This document shows, piece by piece, positions 1 to 9,035 of a stretch of DNA of 55,261 nucleotides. The stretch spans positions 1 to 55,261 of the forward strand of contig CAYOIT010000005.1 in assembly GCA_964404035.1 (NCBI GenBank), written 5' to 3'. The position numbers and the translations under genes are program-made. This DNA is from an uncultured Verrucomicrobiota bacterium (GTDB taxonomy: Bacteria; Verrucomicrobiota; Kiritimatiellia; CAIKKV01; CAITUY01). Position 1 is the stretch's first letter. The number at the start of each line of letters is the position of its first letter. The notes under the pieces are model-generated. The model was not told the DNA's origin and searched no databases. It worked only from the letters and a program-made list of their open reading frames with translations.

Positions 1-2
1 TT

Positions 3-2387
3 CTGGCGACGTTGAAGGGCCAGAGGCGCGACAAGCAGGAGAGTTTCCTGGATAGTCTCTTTGCCAGCCCCGAGCGCTCGCTGCACGATCAGGTCCTCCG
101 TGCTTACGAACACCGTGACGCGTGGGTCAACCGCCTCATCCTCGGCGATTCGATGGTGGTGATGAACTCGCTGCTCCGCTTCGAGAGCCTGGGCGGGCAG
201 GTCCAGATGATCTACATGGACCCGCCCTATGGCGTGAAGTTCGGCTCCAACTTCCAGCCCTTCATCCGCAAACGCGACGTGAAGCACAACGAGGACGACG
301 ACCTCACCCGCGAACCCGAGATGGTCCAGGCCTATCGGGACACCTGGGAACTCGGCCTGCACAGCTATCTGACCTACCTGCGCGACCGCCTCTTCGTTGC
401 TCGGGATTTGCTCGCGCCCTCCGGGTCCGTCTTTGTCCAGATCTCCGACGAAAACCTCCACCATGTTCGGGAGGTCATGGATGAGGTGTTTGGGGCGGAG
501 AATTTCTGCGCACGAATCAATGTCATCAAGACGGCAGGACAGACTGACGACTTGTTGCCTGCAATTTCAGACTCCCTGCTTTGGTATGCGCGTGCCAAGG
601 AGCGAGTTAAGTACCGCAAACTATTCGCGCCAAAGGGCGTCGGCTTTGAGGAGATCGGTCAATATTATCACGCACATCTGCCGACGGGAGAGAAGCGTCG
701 GATGACGCAGCAAGAAATTACGAATCCCGAAGTACTCCCAGACGGAACGCGTTTTTTTCGAGTAAGTGATATATCAAGCAATAAGTACTATTCTCTTGGT
801 CGCGTGCCTTTTGAATTTGAAGGCCATACGTTTTTGCCACCGGAAGGACGGCATTGGACACACAGTCCAGGTGGCCGTGAGAATCTTAAGAAGGCTGGAC
901 GCCTGATTGCTGTCGGAAACAGCATCCGTTTCATTGGCTATCTGGACGACTTTCCCTTCACCGACCAGAGTAACCAGTGGACCGATACCGGCGTTAGTGG
1001 CTTCGCCACAGAGAAGTTGTATGTTGTTCAGACGAACACCAAGATTGTCGAGCGCTGCCTCCTAATGACCACTGACCCCGGCGATCTGGTGTTGGACCCG
1101 ACATGCGGGAGCGGGACGACGGCTTATGTGGCCGAGCAGTGGGGCAGGCGCTGGATCACGTGCGATACCAGCCGCGTGCCGCTGGCCCTGGCCCGCCAGC
1201 GCCTTCTCACCGCCACGTTCGATTACTACAAACTGAAAGATGAGGCGCGCGGTCCGGCGGGCGGATTTACCTATGAACGCAGGCAGAACCAGAAGGGTGA
1301 GGAAGTTGGTGGCATCGTGCCGCACGTCACGCTCAAGAGCATTGCCAACAGCGAGCAGCCGTCTGAGGAAGTCCTGGTGGACCGCCCGGAGATGGTGAAG
1401 AGCGTGGTGCGGGTGACGGGTCCTTTTACCTTCGAGGCCACGATCCCGACCGCCGAGGGCTTGGACGAAGAGCCGGAGACGCCTGGCGTCCAGAACGCCG
1501 ACCATCAGAATCACGTGGACCGGATGCTGGAAGTCCTGCGCCGCGCCCCGATTTTACGCCTGCCCGGCAACCAGACGGTGACGTTGAAGAACATCCGGAC
1601 GCCGGCAAAGACGCTGGCGCTGAGCGCGGAAGCGATGGTGGAAAGAGGAAAGAGGTCAGAGGTCAGAGGTCAGAAGGCGGAGGATGCGGGGTCCGACCTC
1701 CGATCTCCGACCTCCGATCCCGGGACCGAGCCCGTGGCCATTCTGTTTGGTCCTGAGAACGGTCCCATTGGCGAGCGGTTTGTGCGCGAGGCATGGGACG
1801 AAGCGGGGTTGAAGCACTACACACGTCTCTATGTCATTGGTTTCGCCATCGACCCGAAGGCGCGGCAGTTCATCGACAGTGCGGGACAGATCGGGATTCC
1901 CTGCACATATTTGCAGGCGACCATGGATCTCCAGATGGGCGACCTGTTGAAGAACATGCGCAGCAGCCAGATCTTCAGCGTCTGCGGGATGCCCGACGTG
2001 AGGGTTGGCCGCGCAAAGGCGCAAAAGGGCGCCAAGAAGGGTGAGGAAGGGCCGTGGGAGGTGGAGTTGCAGGGACTCGACACGTTCGACCCGGTGACGA
2101 TGGACGCCGACCACCTCAAGGGGGCGGAGGTGCCCGCCTGGTTCCTGGATACCGACTATAACGGCATGGTCTTCCGGGTCTGCCAGGCCTTCTTCCCCCG
2201 CACCGGCGCCTGGGAGAACCTCAAGAAGTCGCTGAAGGTCGAGTTTGAAGACACTGTATGGGACCACCTCGCTGGCACGACCAGCGCGCCATTCCCCGCC
2301 GGTGACCACGGCCAGATTGCCGTCAAAGTCATCGATCCGCGCGGCAACGAACTGCTGGTGGTGAAGAAGTTGGAGGAACCGGAATGA
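3..2387 (+). CDS. mod: Type III R-M system DNA (adenine-N6) methyltransferase Mod subunit, 5'-partial
   Basis: NRLILGDS, catalytic DPPY motif (IYMDPPYG), SAM-binding DPTCGSGTT after a variable TRD (beta-class order). Frame is open to the window edge. Same operon as a Res helicase-nuclease. Confidence 0.92.
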   Translation: MATLKGQRRDKQESFLDSLFASPERSLHDQVLRAYEHRDAWVNRLILGDSMVVMNSLLRFESLGGQVQMIYMDPPYGVKFGSNFQPFIRKRDVKHNEDDDLTREPEMVQAYRDTWELGLHSYLTYLRDRLFVARDLLAPSGSVFVQISDENLHHVREVMDEVFGAENFCARINVIKTAGQTDDLLPAISDSLLWYARAKERVKYRKLFAPKGVGFEEIGQYYHAHLPTGEKRRMTQQEITNPEVLPDGTRFFRVSDISSNKYYSLGRVPFEFEGHTFLPPEGRHWTHSPGGRENLKKAGRLIAVGNSIRFIGYLDDFPFTDQSNQWTDTGVSGFATEKLYVVQTNTKIVERCLLMTTDPGDLVLDPTCGSGTTAYVAEQWGRRWITCDTSRVPLALARQRLLTATFDYYKLKDEARGPAGGFTYERRQNQKGEEVGGIVPHVTLKSIANSEQPSEEVLVDRPEMVKSVVRVTGPFTFEATIPTAEGLDEEPETPGVQNADHQNHVDRMLEVLRRAPILRLPGNQTVTLKNIRTPAKTLALSAEAMVERGKRSEVRGQKAEDAGSDLRSPTSDPGTEPVAILFGPENGPIGERFVREAWDEAGLKHYTRLYVIGFAIDPKARQFIDSAGQIGIPCTYLQATMDLQMGDLLKNMRSSQIFSVCGMPDVRVGRAKAQKGAKKGEEGPWEVELQGLDTFDPVTMDADHLKGAEVPAWFLDTDYNGMVFRVCQAFFPRTGAWENLKKSLKVEFEDTVWDHLAGTTSAPFPAGDHGQIAVKVIDPRGNELLVVKKLEEPE
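1640..1719. repeat. Inverted heptamer tandem-repeat element inside mod
   Basis: (GGAAAGA)2(GGTCAGA)3 at 1640-1674, a 17-nt spacer, then TCCGACC-TCCGATC-TCCGACC-TCCGATC at 1692-1719, a near reverse complement of the left arm. Confidence 0.85.
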
Positions 2388-3337
2388 TCAGCAAACTGAC
2401 GATCGAACACTTCCGAGGGTTTAACGGCCTTGAGCTTGCGGGTCTCCAACCGGTCAACCTCATCGTAGGCAAGAACAATGCGGGCAAAACGTCGCTGCTG
2501 GAGTCGCTCGCCCTGTTGTCCAACCCGCAAGTGATGCTCCAGCAACTGCCCGCGCTGTTTCGGCCGACGGCGGGCGATAACCAGCGGCGGTTCTACTCCT
2601 GGCTGGTTTCCGACGGTTTTGACGGCACGGCAAAGGTCGAAGGCGTTTGGGATGAGAACGTGGTTCAAGTGCTGCTGACGCGGAAACAAGATCCAGTTAT
2701 CATAAACGGGGCGGGACACGTGCATGTGTTCAACACCAATGCACTCCAAGCCTATGCATCCAAGACGGTAAAGACGCACACGTGCAAGTGTGTGCCGATT
2801 CGCCATGTGGAGCCGGCTGACTTGGTTCGGACGTTCTCGCAAGCTGTAAGGCAACGCAACGGTGAAGAGATCATGGAGCGGGTACTTCAAAAGGTAGATC
2901 CACGGGTGAAGAAGGTGCGCGTGGATGCCGCCGACGACGGAAACCATGTCATGGTTGATCTAGGCTTCAGTCAGATGCTGCCACTGGCCCAGGCCGGGCA
3001 GGGAATGTACCGCTTGGTTAGCATGATGGCCGGGTTGATCGGCGATCATCCGAATCTGGCACTGGTGGATGAGATGGATGACGGGATCCACCATTCCGTT
3101 CTAGCTGACGTCTGGACCGGAATAGCAGAAGCGGCGGAATTGTTGGGCATCCAGGTCTTTGTAACGACGCACAGCTACGAGTGCATTCAGGCGGCACACG
3201 AGGCGTTCGCTCAGCGCGAGAAGTATGGTTTGGGCATCATCCAGCTCTTCCGGTTGGAAGACCATGTCGAAGGACGGGTCCTTCAGAAGGATCAAATCGA
3301 AGCAGCGCTCTCCGGGGGCATCGATCTGAGGAATTGA
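2384..3337 (+). CDS. ABC-type (AAA_15/AAA_21-like) ATPase
   Basis: MISKLTIEHFRGF start, Walker A GKNNAGKT, degenerate signature AGQG, Walker B/D-loop LVDEMDDGIH, H-loop TTHS. ATGA overlap with mod. Confidence 0.9.
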   Translation: MISKLTIEHFRGFNGLELAGLQPVNLIVGKNNAGKTSLLESLALLSNPQVMLQQLPALFRPTAGDNQRRFYSWLVSDGFDGTAKVEGVWDENVVQVLLTRKQDPVIINGAGHVHVFNTNALQAYASKTVKTHTCKCVPIRHVEPADLVRTFSQAVRQRNGEEIMERVLQKVDPRVKKVRVDAADDGNHVMVDLGFSQMLPLAQAGQGMYRLVSMMAGLIGDHPNLALVDEMDDGIHHSVLADVWTGIAEAAELLGIQVFVTTHSYECIQAAHEAFAQREKYGLGIIQLFRLEDHVEGRVLQKDQIEAALSGGIDLRN

Positions 3338-3341
3338 CGCC

Positions 3342-3998
3342 ATGGCCGCAAAAAAAGAACCTTGGAGCCTCAAGAAACCCAATCTCCTTATTGTAGAAGG
3401 ATACAGTGACCTTCACTTCATCGCCGAATTTCTGGAACACCTCGGCAACCACGAGACGACAGACATCTATATCGTTGGGGGACGTTCGCAATTCGAATTG
3501 TTAATCCCTGCGTTACTGCAGCCTCCAACCTTGGCCTTTGCCCGGCACATAGGCGTAGTGCTGGATGCTGACCGTTCCGCGGATGGCGCTTTCCGTCAGA
3601 TTCAGGCTATTTTGTCGTGCTGTGGTGGTGTTGCGGTGCCAAGCCCCGGTGTCTGGGCGGGTGACTGTCCTCGCTACGGCATCTTTGTCTGTCCCGATGG
3701 CAATCGCGCTGGAGAACTGGAGACAGCCGCATGGGAGGCATGGGCGGGCAAACCGGAGAACAGAGACAAGACGGTGTGCATAGAGAAGTACATCGCTTGC
3801 ATGAAAGGCGCGGGGGTTGAAGGGAAGAGCCCAGACAAGGTGCGGGTTGGAGCCATGTTGGCCGTTCACAACGACGACGACCCGCGTGTTGGTCCCGGTG
3901 CGCAGAAACGACTGTTCGACTTTGACAGCGCGGCTTTGGAGCCTATGAGAGCATTCCTGGCGCCTTTGGCTGCGAAGCCTGTGGAGAAAGCCCCGTGA
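3342..3998 (+). CDS. TOPRIM-fold putative nuclease, DUF3226-like
   Basis: LLIVEGYSD (TOPRIM Glu motif), GVVLDAD (DxD), GELE. Directly follows an ABC ATPase. Confidence 0.75.
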   Translation: MAAKKEPWSLKKPNLLIVEGYSDLHFIAEFLEHLGNHETTDIYIVGGRSQFELLIPALLQPPTLAFARHIGVVLDADRSADGAFRQIQAILSCCGGVAVPSPGVWAGDCPRYGIFVCPDGNRAGELETAAWEAWAGKPENRDKTVCIEKYIACMKGAGVEGKSPDKVRVGAMLAVHNDDDPRVGPGAQKRLFDFDSAALEPMRAFLAPLAAKPVEKAP

Positions 3999-5662
3999 AG
4001 ATAGTCAGCTTGGCGGTGCGAAGGTTCAAGCAGTTCGAGGACTCCTCATTTGACCTACGCGGCCACGTTGTTCTCGCTGGGCCCAACAACTGCGGGAAGA
4101 CAACCGTTCTGCAGGCCGTGGCGGCATGGTCGTTAGCCCTGGCACGGTGGAAGGAACTCAACGACTATCAACGACACGGTGGAGGCTATACCAAGGCGCC
4201 TCTTTCCCGCCTCGCCTTTTCCGCTGTTCCTCTTCGTTCCTTTGAGTTGCTTTGGTGCGAGCGTAACTACGGGGGCAGCATCGAGATTGAGATCGGCCTG
4301 GACTCTGGCGGCAGCGTCACGATGGAGATCATCGCCGACACGACCGAGCAGGTCTACGTGAGGCCTCGCAAGGATGTGCCGCCGGATCGTCTTCGCCAAG
4401 TCAAGGCGGATGTGGTCTACCTGGCAACGGTCGGTGGGCTAAGTGTCTCAGAACCCGTCTACCAGCGCGACTACATCGAAACGTTGTTGGGCCAACAACG
4501 CCCGGGTGATGTCGTCAGAAATCTCCTCTGGCAGGTGTCCATTGGTAATTCGTGGGGAAAACTCACTTCGGCTGTACAGCGCCTGTTTGGCATTGAGTTA
4601 CAGGTACCGCAGACACCTGGTGGGGTGATTACGTGCGAGTACAGGCGGCTACCCAATGGTTGCGTTCTGGATATCCTGAGCGGAGGAAGTGGTTTTCAAC
4701 AAGTCTTGATGCTTCTCGCGGCGCTTTATTCGCGAGAAAGTTCGATCATTCTGGTGGACGAGCCCGACGCGCATCTGCACGTATTCCTTCAAGACACGAT
4801 TTTCGCTGAACTGAACCGCGCCGCCATTGAGAACGGTTGCCAACTCATACTGGCTACTCACTCTGAGGTCATCTTCAACTCGGTTGAGCCGGATTGCATC
4901 TGTTTGATGGTGGGCGAGAGACCTCGGCGCCTGATCGGACATCAGGAGGTAAGGAGCCTTCAACGCGCGATGGGCGTTTTACAGCAATCCGATCTGGTGT
5001 CAGCCGGTGAAGCGCCGGGTGTGCTTTACTTGGAGGGCTATACCGACCTGAACCTTCTACGCGAATGGGCCAGGGTGCTGGGCCACCCTTTGTCCGAATA
5101 TCTGAACCGCTCGCCATTCTGGCGGCCAGTTGTGACCGGACCAGGCGACGGAGTAGAGGGGGTGTCGGCCGCGGCTCATTTCGATGCATTGAAACTGGCG
5201 AATTCCCTGATCACGGGTGTGTGGATCCTCGACTCCGACGGCAAGTCAGCAGGTATTCCTGTCTCGATCAGCCCTGAGCGCGGAAGTTTGAACCGGGCCG
5301 CCTGGCAACGGTATGAGGCCGAGAGTTATCTGGTGCATCCCACGGCTCTGGAACGCTTTGCGGAGCAAGTCAGCGGTCATTCTTGCCGTGACGCCATAAA
5401 CGGGTTCTTCGAACATGTCTGGGGGCACGAGATGGCGGAGAATTTCCGAGCCAATCCCTTAGCGCCGGTTGCCTTGATCGAGAACTATCTGCGGACGACC
5501 AAGGCGCGGACGGAGATTATTGGGGGCGCTCTGGCGGCGGCGGGCGTTCATGGATTATCCCATACTGAGTTTGCGGGCATTGCCGCCGTGATGCTGCCGG
5601 AAGAGATCCATCCTGAGGTGAGGGAGAAACTGGACTTCATTCAGCAGGCATTCGGGCTATGA
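3995..5662 (+). CDS. Fused ABC ATPase-TOPRIM protein (OLD-like ATP-dependent nuclease)
   Basis: Walker A GPNNCGKT, GSGFQQ signature, ILVDEPDAHLH, ATHS. C-terminal LYLEGYTD, WILDSD and YEAESYL TOPRIM-type motifs. GTGA overlap with the upstream gene. Confidence 0.82.
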   Translation: MKIVSLAVRRFKQFEDSSFDLRGHVVLAGPNNCGKTTVLQAVAAWSLALARWKELNDYQRHGGGYTKAPLSRLAFSAVPLRSFELLWCERNYGGSIEIEIGLDSGGSVTMEIIADTTEQVYVRPRKDVPPDRLRQVKADVVYLATVGGLSVSEPVYQRDYIETLLGQQRPGDVVRNLLWQVSIGNSWGKLTSAVQRLFGIELQVPQTPGGVITCEYRRLPNGCVLDILSGGSGFQQVLMLLAALYSRESSIILVDEPDAHLHVFLQDTIFAELNRAAIENGCQLILATHSEVIFNSVEPDCICLMVGERPRRLIGHQEVRSLQRAMGVLQQSDLVSAGEAPGVLYLEGYTDLNLLREWARVLGHPLSEYLNRSPFWRPVVTGPGDGVEGVSAAAHFDALKLANSLITGVWILDSDGKSAGIPVSISPERGSLNRAAWQRYEAESYLVHPTALERFAEQVSGHSCRDAINGFFEHVWGHEMAENFRANPLAPVALIENYLRTTKARTEIIGGALAAAGVHGLSHTEFAGIAAVMLPEEIHPEVREKLDFIQQAFGL

Positions 5663-8600
5663 GTAACTTCGAAGTTCCCAGCCCCATTCTGAGCTCGCCC
5701 TTCGCGGAGCCGAAGGAGCACTGGTGGATTCTTGAAGGACAGCCTGCCGAGAGGCGGCAGGGACGCCGTCCGGCCATGTATTTCTACCGGGAGCCGGGTC
5801 GGGAGGACGAGAGGGGAGGATTGGCCATCGAGATGAAGTTGGCCAACCTCATCCGTGAGCGGGTGAAGGCTTGGCGCGCGGGCGGCTATGCGGGCGTCAC
5901 CCGCACAACGCTGGAACTTCTTCAGCACTGGCAGCGTGAGGGACGCGAGGATCGGAAGCGACTGTTCTTTGCGCAGATCGAAGCGGCGGAGACGATCATC
6001 TTTCTCACTGAGGCCCGCACTGATTTCCGGCAGGGCATCGAGATTCCGCGCGACGAGCCGAGCGACGACCGTAAGGCCGATGGCTTTGCCGGATTCCTCC
6101 GGTACGCCTGTAAAATGGCCACTGGCTCCGGCAAGACAACCGTCATGGGCATGGTTGCCGCCTGGAGCATCCTCAACAAGGTGAATGACCGAAGCGACAG
6201 GCGTTTTTCCGATGTGGTACTCATCGTCGTGCCCAATGTCACCATACGCGACCGATGCCGCGAATTGGATCCCGAACTCGGCGAGGCCAGTCTCTACCGC
6301 AAGCGCGATCTCGTGCCGGGGCACTTGATGGAACGGTTGCGCCAGGGCAGAATCGTTGTCACCAATTGGCATGTGTTCGAACCTCAATCGGTGACCAATG
6401 GTGACGCGGCTCGTGTGGTCAAACGCGGACGCGAGGTGCTTACCACGGAGACCATTCGTATCGGCGAGAAGAATGACACCAAGCGCGGTACGCGTTTTCT
6501 CACCCGGGAAGCCCTGCTCCAGCAGATTGGCAACGGCATGTTGGAGGTGGTCAAGGGCGATCCCGACAAGGACGAGTCGATCCAGGTGCGAAGTCGACGC
6601 TACGTCGAGAGCGATAAGGCGTTGATTCAGCGTATTCTCGGGCGGGATATTGGCGGGAAGCAGAACATCCTCGTGATGAACGACGAGGCGCATCATGCCT
6701 ACCGCATCAAGCGCGAGGAACCCGACGAAGACGAAGAGGAGGAAGATGAGGAGTTCTTCAAGGAGGCAACGGTCTGGATCGACGGATTGGATCGGACTCA
6801 CAAGTTGCGGGGCATCAACTTCTGTCTGGATCTTTCGGCGACCCCCTACTTCCTTGGGCGGGTGGGACAGCAGACGAACCGCCCATTTCCCTGGGTGGTC
6901 AGCGATTTCAGTCTGATGGACGCCATCGAATCGGGGCTGGTGAAGATTCCGCAACTTGCCGTCCGCGACACGACCGGTGCGGAGATCCCCGGCTATTTCA
7001 ACGTCTGGCGCTGGATTCTTCAGCCGGGCCGGTTGACGCCCGCTGAACGCGGCGGTAAGCACGCCAGTCCCAAGCCAGAGGCGGTGCTGAAATGGGCGCA
7101 CACGCCGATCGCCATGCTCTCCGGCTTGTGGGAAGCCGAGCGTCAGGCTTGGGAGAAGAATGGCGAGACGCGCCCACCGGTTTTTATCCTGGTTTGCAGG
7201 GATACGGCGCTGGCGAATGTGGTTTTCGAGTGGCTTGCCAACGGAAACAACCCCAGCGGTATTCCGTCCGCCAAGATGCCGTGGTTCCGAAACACTCCCG
7301 ACGCCAACAACACAATCATTGTGCACTCCAAGGTTGTGCATGAAACCGACACGGGTGAGGCGAAGAGCGCCGAGTCCCGCTGGATGCGTTTCACCCTCGA
7401 GACCGTGGGTCAGGAGGCGTGGCCGACCGATTCGCAAGAGCGCCCGCTGTATCCGGACGGTTTCGCCGATCTGGCGTCCAAGCTCGAACGCCCGCTGCAT
7501 CCGCCCGGGCGGGACGTGCGCTGCATCGTCAGCGTTGGGATGTTAACCGAAGGCTGGGACTGCCGCACGGTGACCCACATTATTGGCCTGCGCCCCTTCA
7601 TGTCACAGCTTCTCTGCGAACAGGTCGTTGGACGCGGTTTGCGCCGGGCCAGCTATGACGTGGGCGAGGATGGGTTGATGCGGGAGGAAGTGGCCAAGGT
7701 TTTCGGCGTTCCGTTCGAGGTTGTGCCCTTCAAGGCGAATCCAGGCGGCACCCCGCCGCCCCCGGTCAAACGCTATCATGTGCATGCGCTCCCGGAGCGA
7801 GCGCACTTGGAAATCCGCTTTCCACGCGTCGAGGGGTACACGCAGGCCGTGCGTAATAGAGTCAAAGTGGAGTGGGCGGATGTGCCCACGCTCAAGATCA
7901 AGCCCGGGGATATCCCTCCCGAAGTCGAGGTCAAGGGCCTGAACTTGAACAACCGCGGTCGGCAATCGCTGCTGGGACCTGGTCGACTGGATCAGGTCTC
8001 GCTGAAGGAGCGGCGATCACAGCTTCGCGTTCAGGAACTGGTGTTCGATGTGGCGCGAACGTTGACGCGCGATTTTATCCAGCAGCGCGGTTCGGAAGTC
8101 CCTGCCCAGGTGTTATTCCCGCAACTGGCCGCTATTGTGGACCGCTACGTACGCGACGCGGTGCTGGTTTATCCTCCGGGAGATCTCCGCGACCTGCATT
8201 TTTCGCCCTATTATGGTTGGTTGGTTGAGATTCTGCTTGAAGCCATTCGGCCCGATGCGGCCAACGGCGAATCGCCCGAGATTCCCCGGTTTGAATCGTC
8301 CCGGGGCTCCGGTAGCACTGGGGAGGTGGATTTCTGGACGAGCCGCGAGGTCCGTGAGATCGTGAAGTCGCACGTGAATTACGTGGTTGCCGACACGCAG
8401 AAATGGGAGCAGACGGCGGCCTATTACATCGACACTCATCGACAGGTCCGTTCGTTCGCGAAGAACGCGGGTCTTGGCTTTGCCATCCCCTACTTGCATA
8501 ATGGGCAGATGCACGACTACCAACCGGATTTCATTATCCGTCTGGATGGTAACGATGAGCGATTCCTGCTTTTAGAAACCAAGGGCTACGATCCGTTGGA

Positions 8601-8772
8601 GGCGGTCAAACAAGCTGCCGCGCAGCGGTGGTGCGCGGCTATGAATGCGTGCGGGGCGCATGGGGCGTGGTTGTACCGAATCGTTCGCCGCCCGGAACAA
8701 GTGGTTGCCTGCGTGGATGAGGTGTTGGCCTGCTTCACTGCCCCTGCCGCGGATGGTGATGGCACCACATGA
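5659..8772 (+). CDS. res: Type III restriction endonuclease Res subunit (SF2 helicase + PD-(D/E)xK nuclease)
   Basis: MATGSGKT, NDEAHH, LSATP, MLTEGWD, QVVGRGLR, and C-terminal PDF...LLETKG. ATGA overlap with the upstream gene. Confidence 0.92.
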   Translation: MSNFEVPSPILSSPFAEPKEHWWILEGQPAERRQGRRPAMYFYREPGREDERGGLAIEMKLANLIRERVKAWRAGGYAGVTRTTLELLQHWQREGREDRKRLFFAQIEAAETIIFLTEARTDFRQGIEIPRDEPSDDRKADGFAGFLRYACKMATGSGKTTVMGMVAAWSILNKVNDRSDRRFSDVVLIVVPNVTIRDRCRELDPELGEASLYRKRDLVPGHLMERLRQGRIVVTNWHVFEPQSVTNGDAARVVKRGREVLTTETIRIGEKNDTKRGTRFLTREALLQQIGNGMLEVVKGDPDKDESIQVRSRRYVESDKALIQRILGRDIGGKQNILVMNDEAHHAYRIKREEPDEDEEEEDEEFFKEATVWIDGLDRTHKLRGINFCLDLSATPYFLGRVGQQTNRPFPWVVSDFSLMDAIESGLVKIPQLAVRDTTGAEIPGYFNVWRWILQPGRLTPAERGGKHASPKPEAVLKWAHTPIAMLSGLWEAERQAWEKNGETRPPVFILVCRDTALANVVFEWLANGNNPSGIPSAKMPWFRNTPDANNTIIVHSKVVHETDTGEAKSAESRWMRFTLETVGQEAWPTDSQERPLYPDGFADLASKLERPLHPPGRDVRCIVSVGMLTEGWDCRTVTHIIGLRPFMSQLLCEQVVGRGLRRASYDVGEDGLMREEVAKVFGVPFEVVPFKANPGGTPPPPVKRYHVHALPERAHLEIRFPRVEGYTQAVRNRVKVEWADVPTLKIKPGDIPPEVEVKGLNLNNRGRQSLLGPGRLDQVSLKERRSQLRVQELVFDVARTLTRDFIQQRGSEVPAQVLFPQLAAIVDRYVRDAVLVYPPGDLRDLHFSPYYGWLVEILLEAIRPDAANGESPEIPRFESSRGSGSTGEVDFWTSREVREIVKSHVNYVVADTQKWEQTAAYYIDTHRQVRSFAKNAGLGFAIPYLHNGQMHDYQPDFIIRLDGNDERFLLLETKGYDPLEAVKQAAAQRWCAAMNACGAHGAWLYRIVRRPEQVVACVDEVLACFTAPAADGDGTT

Positions 8773-8774
8773 AT

Positions 8775-8969
8775 GACGCGTGCCGGCGAAGAGTTCCCGT
8801 TCGGGGACGACGGGTTTCTTGACCCAACCGGGCGGGACGCAGAACTTGCTGATATCCTGCCAGTAGCCCTCGACGCGATTGATTTCGGTCCCAGAATCCA
8901 GGACCGATCGAACGTGGAGGACTGGCGGGCCAGCTGTGCCAATCGGCGTCCGCTTTCGGTGTCGTTCAT
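8775..8969 (-). pseudogene. Possible frameshifted/truncated gene remnant at the island boundary
   Basis: ATG at 8969 reads MNDTESGRRLAQLARQSSTFDRSWILG. After a one-base shift near 8887 it continues EINRVEGYWQDISKFCVPPGWVKKPVVPERELFAG with mostly G/C third positions. Confidence 0.3.
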
Positions 8970-8971
8970 TC

Positions 8972-8996
8972 GGCCGCTGTTCAAACGGCTTTTTTT
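8972..8996 (+). terminator. Putative intrinsic terminator after the R-M operon
   Basis: GGCCG...CGGCT stem followed by a T7 run. Confidence 0.5.
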
Positions 8997-9007
8997 GGAT
9001 TTTTGTT

Positions 9008-9035
9008 TTGCTTTCGGAAAATGGCCCTCTATACT
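9008..9035 (+). promoter_or_regulatory. Putative sigma70 promoter of the pilus operon
   Basis: TTGCTT-N16-TATACT preceded by a T-rich UP-like tract. SD GGAAGGAG at 9081-9088. Confidence 0.6.

Noticed and set aside
6709-6760. Acidic run (EEPDEDEEEEDEE) in Res as a DNA mimic or repeat
   Set aside because: Short low-complexity loop after DEAHH. No evidence for a separate function.
5641-7500. 619-aa antisense ORF over res
   Set aside because: Shadow ORF typical of GC-rich coding DNA. No motifs, and it lies almost entirely opposite a well-supported gene.
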